From: Camelus dromedarius
Lineage: Eukaryota
NCBI RefSeq assembly: GCF_036321535.1
Contig: NC_087437.1
Coordinates: 101,868,001-101,932,000, forward strand
Direction of reading: 5' to 3'
Length of the DNA stretch: 64,000 nt
Shown here: in pieces, positions 27,360-41,170 of the stretch
Numbering within the stretch: the first letter of the stretch is position 1
Layout of the letters: each line of letters begins with the position of its first letter
The notes under the pieces: model-generated
The model's input: the letters and a program-made list of their open reading frames with translations, nothing else
Database searches by the model: none
Told to the model about the DNA's origin: nothing
Translations under genes and position numbers: made by a program

Positions 27360-29650
27360 AGTAAGTATAACACAAAGTAATGTAAAACTTGAGACCCAAT
27401 ATACTACCTTACCCTTGAGTGTTAATGGGCTCAACCCACCTACTGAAAGAAAAATAAATCTAACTGTAAAACAGATAGATAGATATATGTAAATTTAAAA
27501 GGACATGAAGCATTCAAATCATGGATAAATTCCTTTCTAATCTGAGTTATGGGAAAGAATTTCTAAATTTGACTCAAAACCTAGTTGCAATAGAAAATTC
27601 ATTTATCTGATGTGAAAATTAAAAAAAAAAAAACTTGCATGTCTTGAATAGCATGAACACAGAAAACAAGTAACAAAAAGAAGAAATTTGCAACATATAT
27701 CAGAGATAAAGGGTTAATGTATGTTTTAAGTGTATAAAACATTCTTATAATTGAAGGAATCAAGACTAACAACCATGCAGGAAATGTGCAAAACATATCA
27801 AAAGAGATTCACAAAATGATATAATGACCTTTAATCATATGAGATGTTCTCAATCACTCATTATAAACACATGCAAATCAAGCCTATACTGAGATACCAT
27901 TTCTCATCTATCAGATTATGAAAAATGAAAATCTTGATATTGGTGAGGCTGTGAGAAATGAGCATTCTCACAGGTTCATACAGCATGAAAGGAAATTTGA
28001 TTATGTTGATTAAACCATGTATACATTTACATTTTGACCCAGAAACATCACTGAAGGTAGCCTAATAATATGAAAATATGTATTACAGCATTTTTTATAA
28101 TTACAACATTTTGGAAACAAAGTAGATGTCCATATATAGGAAGATTAAGTAAACTGTGGTAACTCCTCAGATGGGAGTCATATGCAGCTGCAAAAAGGAA
28201 TATACAGCATTTCCGTTAACTAAGTGAGTGCTTTCTAGGATATATTGTTACATAAGAAAAGCAAACTGCAAAAGAGCGTATATATTTTCCTTTTTTTTCC
28301 AGAAGAAAGGGAAAATTAAATATTCATGTATCTGCTTAGTCTTGCAAAAAGAAATCCAATAAAAACAAGCCAGACAAAATTGTAATTATTTATAGTGAGT
28401 AGGTGAAAATAACTTGGAAGTGCTGGATCTCATGGTTTAAAACTTCTCTAAATATATCTTTTGTATAGTTTTACTTTTGGAACTCACTGTAAAAAATTAA
28501 ACAAAATCAATAAGGATGGAAAAAAGATGAAAAGAATTACAAACAGAAAAAAAAGAACAACCTTATTTTGAATGACTAACATTTAAGAGGAGAAAAGAAC
28601 TAACCAAAGTAACTTTAAAATGCAGAATTTTCATGATAATGTATACAATCTAGAAATAAAAATCTCTAGACAAAATCTAAGTCATAATTAACATGTGTGA
28701 GTCTGGGTCAGTATGAAAAATAATAAAACTAATTTTTTTTTTTATTTTTAGTTTGAGCAAAATAATTTTATTGAGGATAAATGGAGCCAGCTTTCTCATT
28801 GTTGAATACTACATACAAATAGAGAGAGAATAAAATAACACCTGTGATGTTCTATTGTAATTGGAGGTATCAGTGTGAAAACTTGATCTAAGGCTCTCTG
28901 AGTAACTGGCTCATTACAGAACTACACAAGTAAAGTATAAAATAAGCCTGGAACTTTTTTTTTTCCCCCAGAAAGTAACAATTAAGAAATTTAAGAAAAG
29001 AAAATTACGGTATGTGAAAAAAAAAAAAAAAAAAAGGACACTGGATCCAGTTTGAAGGTGCTCCCACTGGAGAAATCTGGGACAACTTGACTATCAAAAT
29101 AAATAATAATATCTATACATTATAACCAATAAATAAAATGAGAAACCATGTGTTTATATTTAAATAATTAAATAAACAATTATGTAAAGAGGGAGAAAGT
29201 AAACTTATTCATTTAGTGTTGAATTCCACCTAATAAATGTAAAGGAATGATAGAATGATGGAGATTCTCAAAAAATGTCATTTAGTGATCATGATATTTA
29301 TAATTGTTTCAGGTAAGATTCAGGAGTGGATGCCAAGTCTCATTAGAAAAAGACTGATGAGAACCAGGGTATAAAATAAGTATATATACCTATATACTAT
29401 TCTCTTTCTCTTTTTTTATATATGTATACACATAATATATTTTATATATTATATATAACCCTTGGGCCACTTAAGTATGTATATTATATATACACCCCAA
29501 TGAGTATATTATATAGATAGAGAGAGAGAGAGAGGAACCAAGTATGACAAAATTTTAAAATTGGGAAACCTGGGTGAAGAGTATAAATTTTTAAGTACTC
29601 TTGCAACTTCAATATAAGTATTAAAACATATGAAAATAAAAGCTGCAAAA
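27360..29650 (+). mobile_element. Degraded L1 (L1MC/MD-like) ORF2 end and long 3' UTR pieces
   Basis: 'gaagaaatttgcaacatatatcagagataaagggttaat', 'gagataccatttctcatctatcagatt', and a 3' end 'gtactcttgcaactt'. Confidence 0.65.
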
Positions 29651-29974
29651 ATGGGAAATTCTTTAACACTTGTGACCACAATTTTTTCATTACAAAATGG
29701 GAAACAGAGTATAGGTTTAATTATAAAAACAATATACGTAAGTAATGTAGTACATAAGTGAACCATTAGAGTGTAGATTCTAAGCATATAACAGTTTCCC
29801 CTCTTCTTCAAAGATGTCAATATGGCTAAAAGGTGTCAGCTCATGAACAACACATTATTTTACGTCTACAGTGGATGCTATTACAACACTAACTTCAAAT
29901 ATAACAAAGTTTATCTGTTTAAAAGTGGGAGTTGTCTGAAATACTTTTCTACAATGACAGAAGGTATATGGCAT

Positions 29975-30215
29975 GAAAAGAACTAGGTTCTGGAAGCAGA
30001 TAACCATTGGTTCAGATTCCAGCTCAGCTACTTTGAGCTCCCTGATATTGTAAAAGCTATGTAGGACCTCTAAGGTTTTGTTTCCTCATCAACAGCAAGA
30101 GGATAATTAGTAACAGTCACTTCATGGAAATGTCATGGGGCCCAAGGAGAATATATAAAACACGTAGCAGAATGCCTGCACCACAGTTAGTTTTTTACAC
30201 ATGTTAGCTAATATA
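29975..30215 (+). mobile_element. MIR SINE
   Basis: 'ggttcagattccagctcagctactt' and the MIR core 'tttgtttcctcatc...ggataatta'. Confidence 0.7.
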
Positions 30216-32689
30216 ATTAGTAAGGATTACACATAATAAATAGAGGTAGTTAAGAATTGCTTCTCCTCAGCTCACGACAGGGGAAACATTTCCATGGATA
30301 GAAACACAGACTTCTTTTTCAGTACTCTCGTTGCGGAAGAAAAAGAAAAAAGAAAAAACTATATCCAAACTAAGTTTCTCCACGTGACACTCCAGAGATT
30401 TCCCTTGCTATCTGTTCCTATTTTCATTAGACATGGTCAGACAAAATTTCACTGCGTCAACAACCAACCTCTTGAGAATTTTATGAGCATTTGTTTTCTA
30501 TTTTTTGCAGGACAGAGACATATTGTGCAATGGGAAATTTCAAGTGCGTCTTACATTTCTTTAACTTGCCACTCTGCAATTTATCAAATGTCCATTTTAA
30601 AACATTTTTATTATTATGTATTGGACTTTAATCTGAAGGTTCAAATGCTTTATTTTATTATTGTTGCACTTTGCTAAATAAAGCCAGTAATGCAAGAGGA
30701 GCAGAGAAAATCAGTTTTCTTCAAAATTTTTCAGGTTTACACGATTGGACTGCTTCTCCGCCTCTGGACACTGCACACTTTGATGAATACTGACTTCAAG
30801 AGTTTTAGGACAAAAATAAGTTTAGTCAAAAATAAGTCTGGGAAAGAAACACCATTTTAGAAATGTCGAAATTACACAAAATGAAGAGATAACAGAGGTT
30901 TTATTAAGTTAGCAGCTATGAAAGTAACAAACTGCTATGGCGCTTACTGAATCTTGCTGATTTAATTATTTAAGACCCAATTATAGAGGACAATGCTATT
31001 TCAAGCAGTTTAAAAAATGAAGGTACCATCTAATATATTATCATTTTTAATAAAGATAATGAATATCTTTATTGTTTTAATTACTTTATGATCACTATTT
31101 ACTAGTGACACACATTTGAAAATATACAAATCCAGCTTTAAATGAAGTTACAAGTTACATTACAAAAGCTAAGCTTCTTTAAAAAATAAAATGTCTATTT
31201 CTTTGAAAGATAAAGGAATCATAGACTCTAAGGATCTACCTTTTTCTTAAGTACAGCTGTAAGCACAGATTTATCAATATCAAGATAATTTATATTAATT
31301 TATAAATACAACAAAATACCACAGGATCATTTAAAGAAGCTTCCAGCATGCAGCCCCCTTTATTACCTATGAAGCATTGTCCGAATTTGAACAACTGGTG
31401 ACAGTTTTAAGTCTGCAATGTTCCACTTCTTTGATTTTTATAGATAGGTATAGAAATCTTTATCCTAGAAAATTAGCCATTGACTTCATCTGGGGCAGCA
31501 TGTGCCCCGAGAAATGCATCATCAGGCCTGTGCATAACAATAATTTAAAACAAAAGGGTGAAGGAGTATCAACAGTTAAGCTCTTAAAACGTGGCTTTTA
31601 ATTAGAAAAGGATGTTAAAATAGGGCAACACTTTGGAGAACTAAAACGAAACCCATTTGTAACATATTGGCAATTAAACTTATTCCTTTTTTATTATTCC
31701 TTAGAAACTCGACGTTGCACTTATAGGGTAATCCTAATTCTTTAACACTGGTTTTGAATCACAAGTTTAAGCTGACAGTTACTAGGGTTCTTATTTCAGG
31801 TTTTTAAGTTCCTATGTGCTGCTTTTAAAAAAAGCTTTTCACCATTTCTTTCTTTAGGTCGTACGCATTTCTTGGAAAAAAAGTTTTTCTGGATTATAAC
31901 AATCCATTTTCTAGACTGAATAGTAAAATAAAGTGTTAAGTAAACTTAGTGTTCAGGAGTCTGGTGCTCTTAATGAGGGTTTGAGGATTTTTACACATTT
32001 AATACATTTAAATGAACAAGGGATTTTTCTAGAGGCAGAATGTGTAATCTAAACATTGTTGACAAAATGATGATTTTAACCACTTCACTGAGGTTTATTT
32101 TCATATATTTAATGAGTGCCTACTATTTGGCAGCTTTGAGAACTGAGGTAAGATCACATTATTCTTTTGAATCAAAAAATACTCTGCAGGGGAAAACTAT
32201 TTTGCTTATATTGTATTTTTAGAAAACACATCAACACTTCCATTTTAAAAAGGTAAATGGGATTTGTAATTTAAACCAACTGTGCTACTAATAAAGTGAT
32301 CTGACCATAATTATAGTCTTAAAGTAGTACTGGACTTTTATCCAGAATGTCTACTATATAACAAAATATATTCTGTGTTTAGCAGAAGAATGATTTTGAT
32401 CTAATGAAGCCCACTGCCCCCAAGAGTAGCAGAGGTGAATATTCTGTAGAAGGCATAGTAGTCTTTCTCCAACACATAAGCTAATATGGATTAGAGTTCT
32501 ACCCTAAATAACTCAGTCTTCATCTATATTCTGGTATCTTTCATAATTTATCAAAGCCATCCTTAAGGCTATTCATATACAGGGGTGATTACTATGGGAT
32601 TAACAAATGTCAAGGATTTATAATTCTATCATTTCTTTATTTGACTAATATTTAATGGGATCAATTATGCCCCCAGCATTTAGCTACAT

Positions 32690-32960
32690 TTGCATGTACC
32701 CTCCTCATGTTTCAGATTTACTTTCATACCTCTGGGCCTTCACATGTGCCACTCCTCTTATCTGTAATGACCTTTTCCTTATTCTTTACTTGGATTATTA
32801 ATTTGCCTTCAGGTTTTAGGCAAAGTTTGACCTCATGGAAGCCTTCTAAATTCTCCATCCAGTACAGTACAATTCAAAATGCTCCTCTTCTCTGCTCATA
32901 CAAGATTCTTTGCTTTATCTATGAATGTACACATTACAATACATTATGATCATCATTTTA
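32690..32960 (+). mobile_element. L2 fragment
   Basis: 'tttcatacctctgggccttcacatgtgcc' and 'gacctcatggaagccttct'. Confidence 0.5.
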
Positions 32961-33239
32961 CTTATCTTTTCTATAGTCAGATTCTCTACAATAGTTAAAA
33001 TTTTTACTTGCTATTCATTTAAAAGAATTCACTCCATATTTCGGGTAGTTCTCAAAAGTACTCATAGATTGAGAATTTTGCCTGGTTCTCATTTACATGT
33101 AGTTTTAAGGGGTTATGTTACTAAAGTGGCTTGTACAATGCTTAATTAAATTAATATTTATTGAAGAGGTATGTGTGTCAACACTGTGTTGGGTACTAGA
33201 AGGAAAGTTAGGATGGCATATAAAGAGATGATCACAAAA

Positions 33240-34830
33240 TTCTGTTTCTGGACAAGATGGAGAAGCAGCAGATACTAACTAAATCTTCTCATTGAGAGAA
33301 AAATCAGTAAAAAATTATCCCAAATATCCCCACTCAAAAAAATTACTCTCTTGATTGTAGAGAGCAATTAAATCAGCCAAGAGTCTGTAGGGAGAAGAGT
33401 AATATAAAAGAGAACAGAGGCCAAGTGGGAAGCAGCAGCCAGGGGACTCCATTTGTAACTGAATTGGAGAGACCCCTGTTTAAGTTTAGACTTTCAAAAC
33501 TGCTATGAGTTGAGTGGCCCAAGATCCCAGAGAGAGAATTATAAATAACTGAGTTTGAACTGAGCATGTACTTTCCCTGGAGATATCTGCCTACCCCTAA
33601 GTGAGATACATACACACACACACACACACATTTAAAAAGTGTGAGCAGAGACACTGTCAATCTGACTGGTGATGTTGAGGCTCCTGAAGCTGCAGTTCTG
33701 GGCCTGTGGAAACGCAGGTCCAGGTAACCATTCTCTACTTTTTTGTCAAGACCCCTTAGAAGAAGGGGTAAACAGGAAATCTGTCAAGGCCTACAAACAA
33801 ATCAAAGACCCAAATGGGTCAGAATCATCTATATACAAAGACGTTTGCCCCCCAAAAAAAAGAAAAAAAAAAAGGTGTCAGTTAAAGCCAAAAGACAACA
33901 GACGACACCTTTAAATACTGAAGGAAAAAAAAAAAGTTCAACAAGAATTCTACTCCCAGAAAATATATCTTTGCTCACTTAAGAGAAATAAAGGTATCTT
34001 CTTAATTAAAACACACATTCACACACATACACACACGCATACATACACACAAACACACAACATGGAGAGAAATTAGTCAGACTATAGCCCTAAAATAATG
34101 CCTAAAAACATTCTTCATGCCAAAGTGTACAGATTCTATGTGTAATGATGTGGAAACCTGGTCATGCAGAAAGAAATTAACATTTCAATAGAATAAGTAG
34201 GTTGGTAAATGAAAGTAAATATTTACTATCAAAACTATAAAAAAAAGTCTTTCTGCATTTAAAACATATATGAATTAAAATATTCACCAGCAGAATATGC
34301 AAATAGAAGGGAGCAAATGGAATTTCAGAATTGTTTGCCTTAAAAACTTCTTAGGTCTTTTTTTAGCCTTAAAAATATAAAAGTATTAATTTTGGATGCA
34401 CTATAATGATTCAAAGATACATAATGTAATCATTACAATAACTACCAAAATGATTAAATTATAATTACAATACTAAAAAGTGAAAAATAGAAGAATAATA
34501 AGCATTTGATTAATCCAAAAGAAGGTAGACAGAAAAAGAAAAAAGAACACATGGAAAAATAGCAGAGTATGGTGTTAGACCTAATCTCAAAATATAAGTA
34601 TACCTTTAAGTATATATAAAAGAAATATTCCAATTAGAAATGTTATAAAATAAATTGTCAGCCATCTATATACTATAAATATACTACAAGTATACTACAT
34701 CATTAATTATATGCTGCTTATAAACTATTCATTTTAACTATAAACATACACAACATTCAAAGTAAAAAATGATAAAAAAATATATATACCATGCTGGCAC
34801 AAACCAAAAAAAAAAAAAAAAGTGAGTATA
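33240..34830 (+). mobile_element. Old L1 (L1M) 5' portion: 5' UTR to start of the ORF2 endonuclease
   Basis: Begins 'ttctgtttctggacaagatggag', like L1M 5' ends. Ends in the endonuclease motif 'IYHAGTNQKK'. Confidence 0.6.
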
Positions 34831-37820
34831 CAAACAAAATTAATAAGCCTTGAGCCAAGCTCATTAAGAAAAAAAGACAGAGGACACAAATAAAATATGA
34901 AATGAAAGAGGAGAAATTACAAGTGGTATAACAGAAAGACAAGAGAATACTATGAACAGTTAAGTGCCAACAAGTTGGACAACCCAGAAGAAATGGATAA
35001 AATTCTAGAAACATACAACCTTCCAAGACTAAATCAGAAAGAAATAGATAATCTTAATAGACCAATTACTAGTATTGAAATTGAATCAGTTATCAAAAAA
35101 TACCATCAGACAAAAGTTCTGGACCTGATAGCTTCACAGGGGAACTACAAACGTATAATGAAGTGTTAATAGTTATCCTTCTCAAAATATTCTAAAAAAT
35201 TGAAGAGGAGGGAATACTCCTAAATTCATTCTATGAGGCCATCATTACTCTGACACCAAAACCAGACAGACACTTCAGAAAAAAAAAAAGTTACAGGCCA
35301 ATATCTGTGATGAATATATAAGCAAAAATCTCAACAAAATATTATGAAACCAAAGTCAACAATATACAATAAGGATCATATACCCCGATCAAGTGGGATT
35401 TATTCCAGGAATGGAAGAATGGTTCAATTTCTGCAAACCAGTCAATCAACATTACATTAACAAAACGAAGGATAAAAATCAATAGATGCAGGAAAAGCAT
35501 TTGGCAAAATTCAACACCTATTCATGATAAAGATGCTCAACAAACTTGGTAAAAAGGGAACATATCTCAATAATAAAGGCCATTTGTGACAAATCCACAC
35601 TAACGTTATACTTAATGGTGAAAAACAGAAAGCTTTTCCTCTAAAATCAGGAACAAAACAGGGATGCCAATGATTACCATTTCTATGCCAAATAGTATTG
35701 GAAGTCTTAGGCACAGCAATTAGACTAGAAAAATAAATTTAAAAAAATCAAAATTGTGAGGAAACAAGTAAAACTGTCTCTATTTGCAGATGACATGATA
35801 CTTTATATAGAAAACCCTTAAGTCTCTATCAAAAACTATTATAACCAATAAATAAATTCAGTAAGTTCACAGGCTGTAAGATTAATACACAGTAACACAT
35901 TGCTTTTCTATACACTAATAATAAACTATCAGAGAGAGAAAAGAAGAGAACAATCTCACTTTTTTGCATCAAAAAGAATAAAATACTTACGGATCAACAT
36001 AACCAAGGAGGTGATACTCTGAAAACTACAGAGCACTGATGAAGGAAATTGAGGATAACACAAACAAATGGAAAGATATCTAGTGTTCATGGATTGAAAG
36101 AATTAGTTATCATTAAAATGCCCATACTACCCAAAACAATCTACAGTTTTAATGCAATCCCTATCAAAATACCCATGACATTTTTCACAGAACTAAAACA
36201 AATAATTCTAAAATTTGCATGGAACCACAGAAGACCCCAAATAGCCAAACAAAGCTTGAGAAAAAAGAACAAGGCTGGAAGCATCACTCTCCTTGAGTTC
36301 AGATATAATAAAAAGCTACAGTAATCAAAATGGTACGATACTGTCACAGAAACAGACACACAGATCAGTGGAATAGAATAAAAAGCCGAGGAATAAACCC
36401 ACATACTTATGGTCATTTACTCTATGACAAAAGAGGCAAAAAATACAATAGGTAAAAGACAGTATCTTCAATCAGCTGTTCTGGGAAAACTGTCCAGCTA
36501 CATGTGAAAGAATGAAATTAGAACATTTTCTCACATCATATACAACAATAAACAAAAATGGACTAAAGACCTAAATGTAAGACCAGAAACCATAAAACTC
36601 CCAGAAGAAAAGATAGGCAATACACCGTTTGACATGTCTTAGCAATATTTTTGGATCTGTCTTCTCCGGCAAGGGAAACAAAAGCAAAAATTAACAAATG
36701 AGACCTATCTAAATTTAAAAAGTTTTACACAGCAAAGGAAACCATCAACAAAACAAAAAGACAACCTACTGGATTGGAGAAGATATTTTTAAATGATATG
36801 TCTGATAATGGGTTAATACCCAAAATATATAAAGAGCTCCTACAACTCAATATATATTTAAAAAAAAAAACAAAAAACAATTAAAACACAGGAAAAAGAT
36901 CTGAATTAGATACTTTTCCAAAAAAGATATACCAATGGCCAACAGACATATGAAAAGATGCTCAGCATCACTAAGCATATATGAAACAAAATCACAATGA
37001 CATATCACCTCACACCTGTCAGAATGGCTATCATCAAAAAGACAATGAATAACAGATTTTGGGAAGGACGTGGAGCAAGGGGACCCCTACTTTACTGTCA
37101 GTGGGAAAGTAAACTGGTGCTATCACTATGGAAAACAGTATGGAGTTTCTGCTAAAAATAAAAATAAAACTACTATATGATCGTGCAATTCCACTCCTGA
37201 GCATATACCCGAAGAAAACAAAAATACTAATTCAAAAAGATAAATGCACCCAAATATTCACAGCTGCATTATTTACCACAGTCAAGATATGGAAGCAATC
37301 TAAGTGTCATCAACAGACAAATGAATAAAGAAGGTGTGGGGTATATAGATACACTATTACCCAGCCATAAAAAAGAGTAAAATTTTACCACTGACAACAA
37401 TATGGATGGACCTAGAGGGTATTATGCTTAGTGAAATAAATGAGACAAAGACAAATCCTGTATATTATGACTTATATGTGGAATCTAAAAAACAAAAGAA
37501 AGGAATGAATGTAACAAAACAGAAACGGACCCACAGATACAGAGAAAAAAATTAGTGTTTATCAGTAGGGAGACAAGTGATGGAGGGGCAAAATAGGAGG
37601 AGGGGATTAAGAGATACAAATTACTATGTATAAAATAAAAATAATAATAGTAATAATAAAATAAATAAGATACAAGGATATAATGTGCTGCACAGAGACT
37701 TTAAACAGTATTTTATAATTTTAAATGGAGTATGATTTATAAAATATTGAATCACTATTGATTGCACACCTGAAGCTCATATAACAATTTCAATTAAAAA
37801 TACACTTCAATTAAAAATAA
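34831..37820 (+). mobile_element. 5'-truncated ~3-kb L1 (disrupted ORF2 with RT domain, 3' UTR)
   Basis: Encodes '[33 protein letters not shown]', the RT motif 'LFADDMI' (~35780-35800), '[21 protein letters not shown]' and 'ENSMEF'. Numerous stops and frameshifts. Confidence 0.95.
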
Positions 37821-39315
37821 AGAATGTGATTATGGACATACCAGCCTTGCATAAAATAAGATGTTAGGCCAGATGTGCTACTAGAGATAAAAAATGATAT
37901 TTATACTGATAAGAGCTAAACTCCAGGAAGAAAAAACACTATATTTTTATTTATTCTATATAAAACAGTGACTACTGTAATAGAAAGACAAATCCTTAAT
38001 CATACTGCAGATTTTAAATACACCTCTATCAGTAAATTACAAAGAAATCAGATGATAGTATCAGTAAGTAAATTAGAAATGTCATAATATAATTGACAAG
38101 CTGAATCTTATTTTCATTTATAAAGCATTATACGAACAGAACAGTTTATTTTCAAGTTCATATGGCGCATTCACCAAAATAGAACACACACAGCCCAAAT
38201 TTAGACCACAATAGTCCATAAATCAAGTGTTAAAATTTTGAATAATTAAAGTATTTAGAATGTTTTATATCAGCACAGCAGAATCAAAGTAGAACTTAGT
38301 AATAATAACATAACCTAAACATTCACATATTTAGAAAGTAAGAAATAGACATTCACAAATAAGTAACATAACTTGTAAGTTAAAGAGTAAATCTACAAAT
38401 AAATTTGCATACAGTTTGACGTATATATGATGAAAATATGACATAAAATTTGTGGATGCAGCAAAACCAATTGTTACAGGGAAGTTTACAGTTAAAATTC
38501 ATTTAATAGAAATAGAGGCTGCAAAATCAGTATTTTAAGTATCCATCACAAGAAATAGGTAAATAGCTCCTCTGTCCCCACAACACATAGGAAAAAGCAG
38601 AAAGGACATGATAAACATGAGAACAAAACATAGTTATTTAGAAATCATTCATATGAAAGAGGACTCTCACAAAGCCAAAGCAGATTTTTGGAAAACATTA
38701 ATAAAATGTCCATATCTGCAGGAAGACTGCCTAAAAATTAAATCAAAGCTATAATTTATACTTAGGTGGAAAGATAAACAATGAATTCTTTCTATCTAAA
38801 AGTTACTAGAGAATAGCAATTTAATATCAGTAATTTCTTAAATTAAATGAAGTAGAGAAATTTCTTGAAAAAAAGATTTTCTAATTGAAGAAAAATTATC
38901 AATATAAATAGTTCTATAGTTATGACATACTTGAATCAATTTTTTACAGCATTGCCAAAATTTCATTAGTGAACTCTTACAGTATTGTGAAGAAGTATTA
39001 ATGTTAACTTCATAGAAATTCTTTTAGAAAATAGAAAAAAGGGGAATATTTCCAAGATATTATATGTGGCTAGCATATCATTAATATTTAAACTTTGTAA
39101 CAATCATACAAAAAGAGAAACTTTCAGCTTGCATATTAACACTAAAACCTTACAGACTGTACAAGAAAGAAAACTTACATCAAATCTCTGATACAAATAA
39201 AAATCCAAATATTTTAAGCCAAATTAACAAACTGAGTTGAACAGTACATAAGAAGATAATATATAATAACCAAGTTTATATTAGTGCAAGATTGAATAAA
39301 TGTTAAAAAAAGAAA
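37821..39315 (+). mobile_element. Continuation of the old L1 ORF2 (endonuclease onward)
   Basis: Resumes with degraded 'TRDKK.YL.LIR..LQEE' endonuclease-like sequence and 'catatggcgcattcaccaaaatagaacac'. Confidence 0.65.
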
Positions 39316-39885
39316 TCACACTCACATGTCTACAGCAGTTTTCTTCATAACTGCCAAAAGTCAGAAGCAACAGAGGTGTAAGTGAATGGAAAAATAAAGC
39401 ACAGTACATCCAGACAATGGAATACCAATGAGCAATTAAAAGAAATTCATGGAGGAATCTTACATGTGTTTCACTAAGTGAAAGAAGCTAACTGAAAAGG
39501 CCACATACGATATGTTTCCAACTACATGACATTTTGGAAAAGGCAAAACTATGGAGACATGAAAAGGATCACTGGTAGCCAGGGGTTGGGGAAAGGAAGG
39601 AATGAATAGGTGGAGCAGAGGACTTCAAGGGCAGCAAAACTACTCTGCATGATACTACAGTGAGATGGCATGGAGACGTGCCATCTTACATTTGTCAAAA
39701 CCTACAGAACAGTTCTGATGTACACTTTGGACTTTGGGTGTTAATTTTGTATCATGTAGGTTCATCAGTTGTATCAAAAGTAACACTACAGTGTGGGATA
39801 TTGACAGTGGGATGCTGTGCATGTGTGGGAGCAGTGGGTACAAGGGAATTCTTTATGCTTTCAGCTTAATTTTGTGTGAACCTCA
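39316..39885 (+). mobile_element. L1MC1-like 3' end inserted in the old L1
   Basis: 'tgacattttggaaaaggcaaaactatggagac', 'tacatttgtcaaaacctacagaac' and 'aattttgtgtgaacct'. 'aaatcaca' occurs at both ends. Confidence 0.75.
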
Positions 39886-40230
39886 AAAATCACATGCCTA
39901 TCACTAGATACAACAAAATAGATGTAATAGCTCCACACAGAAAAATATGCAATAGTACTTAGAGAAAAATATAAAATATAAACAAATGAAAGGACAGATC
40001 ATGCACACAGGAATAGGGAACTCAATACTTTAAATATGCTGGTTTTCCCCCAAATTGATCTATACATTCAAAATGAAACTGATTTAAATTAATTGCTGCA
40101 GAGTGTGTGTGTTAACCAACTGATTATAAATTGTAAACAAAAATGTTAAAGCCAGAAATAGAAACAATATCCTTAAAGAAGAACAAAGCTGGTGACTCGC
40201 ATTCTCAGATATAAAGACTGACTCTAAGGA
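39886..40230 (+). mobile_element. Further continuation of the old L1 ORF2
   Basis: 'aaaaatcacatgcctatcactagatac' resembles KNHMIISID; also 'cccaaattgatctatacattcaa' and 'aagaagaacaaagctgg'. Confidence 0.6.
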
Positions 40231-40789
40231 TATATTTCTCACTATTATTTGCAAAATATTTCTTTAGAACTATGGTGATATGAATGGTTGAAGCAGGATA
40301 CTTTTTTTTCTTTTTTAGTTTTGGAGCATTTGCATAGATCAAAGGGATGATTCATTAAAAAGTAGAAGGTATGCTTGTCATAAACTTCTACAATAAAAAG
40401 AAAATATGTCCTTTCATTTGTCTCTTAAAAATTCTACTCCTAAAGGTTTTTTTTTTTAAATTTCAGGTTTTTATTCATATTAGAAGACTTCTCTAAGTGT
40501 AACACTTTCCACTGTTCTCAATCATCTCTGTCTCTCTTCCTGTCATGCACAGAGTAAAATTCAGAGGAGGCTATGTTAAGGTTGATGCCAAGATTCCTTT
40601 AACCTAAACTCTGATTTTATGATATATCCTAAATGTATGTGAGGCACAGTTTCATAAAGGTAGTGGGGAGCACTGCATAATGATGGCTTTATCTGTCCGC
40701 ATTTACAGACTTCCAGGAAAATGGGGCTCTGTGTGGTAGATGTTTCTGTTTTCCTGCATTCCAACTCTAGGCCAACCTCTGTCTACAGC

Positions 40790-41170
40790 AGGCTAACTCC
40801 AGTGCACAGTATACAGTTGTGTCCTTTCTGCCACAGGCTGTTTACCAAAACTACAGACAAGCGCAGTTGGGAAGTACGCTGAGTGCCTCTCCTCTCTCCC
40901 AAGATCCGCTGGAAGAGAGGAGCCCAACGATAATTGTCCCAGACAACCTTTCTTTAAACAGACAATTCTGGGAGGCAACTATGATTCTCAGAAGTCCTGG
41001 ATGAATGGAGTCCTTACAACCTGCAGGAGAAAAGTCCCTTGCTGACCTCTTTTCCTCTTCTGTCTCTCTGACTTTTCCTTCCCTCACTCCTATTCACCCA
41101 TCACTTACATGCTACCTATGCCCTAGTCCTGTTTCATGCTGTGCTTTTAAGGTAACATAAAATAAAAACT
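40790..41170 (+). mobile_element. LTR16-like ERV-L solo LTR
   Basis: 'gacaattctgggaggc' and a 3' end 'tcctgtttcatgctgtgcttttaaggtaac', resembling LTR16-family ends. Confidence 0.55.

Noticed and set aside
30294..30677. 127-aa ORF
   Set aside because: Composition is typical of AT-rich non-coding DNA and there is no recognisable family.
34831..37820. Active L1 or functional reverse transcriptase
   Set aside because: 5'-truncated, with many stops and frameshifts.
39663..39686. Hairpin AGATGGCAT-n6-GTGCCATCT
   Set aside because: A short stem inside an L1 3' UTR, consistent with chance or a local template switch.
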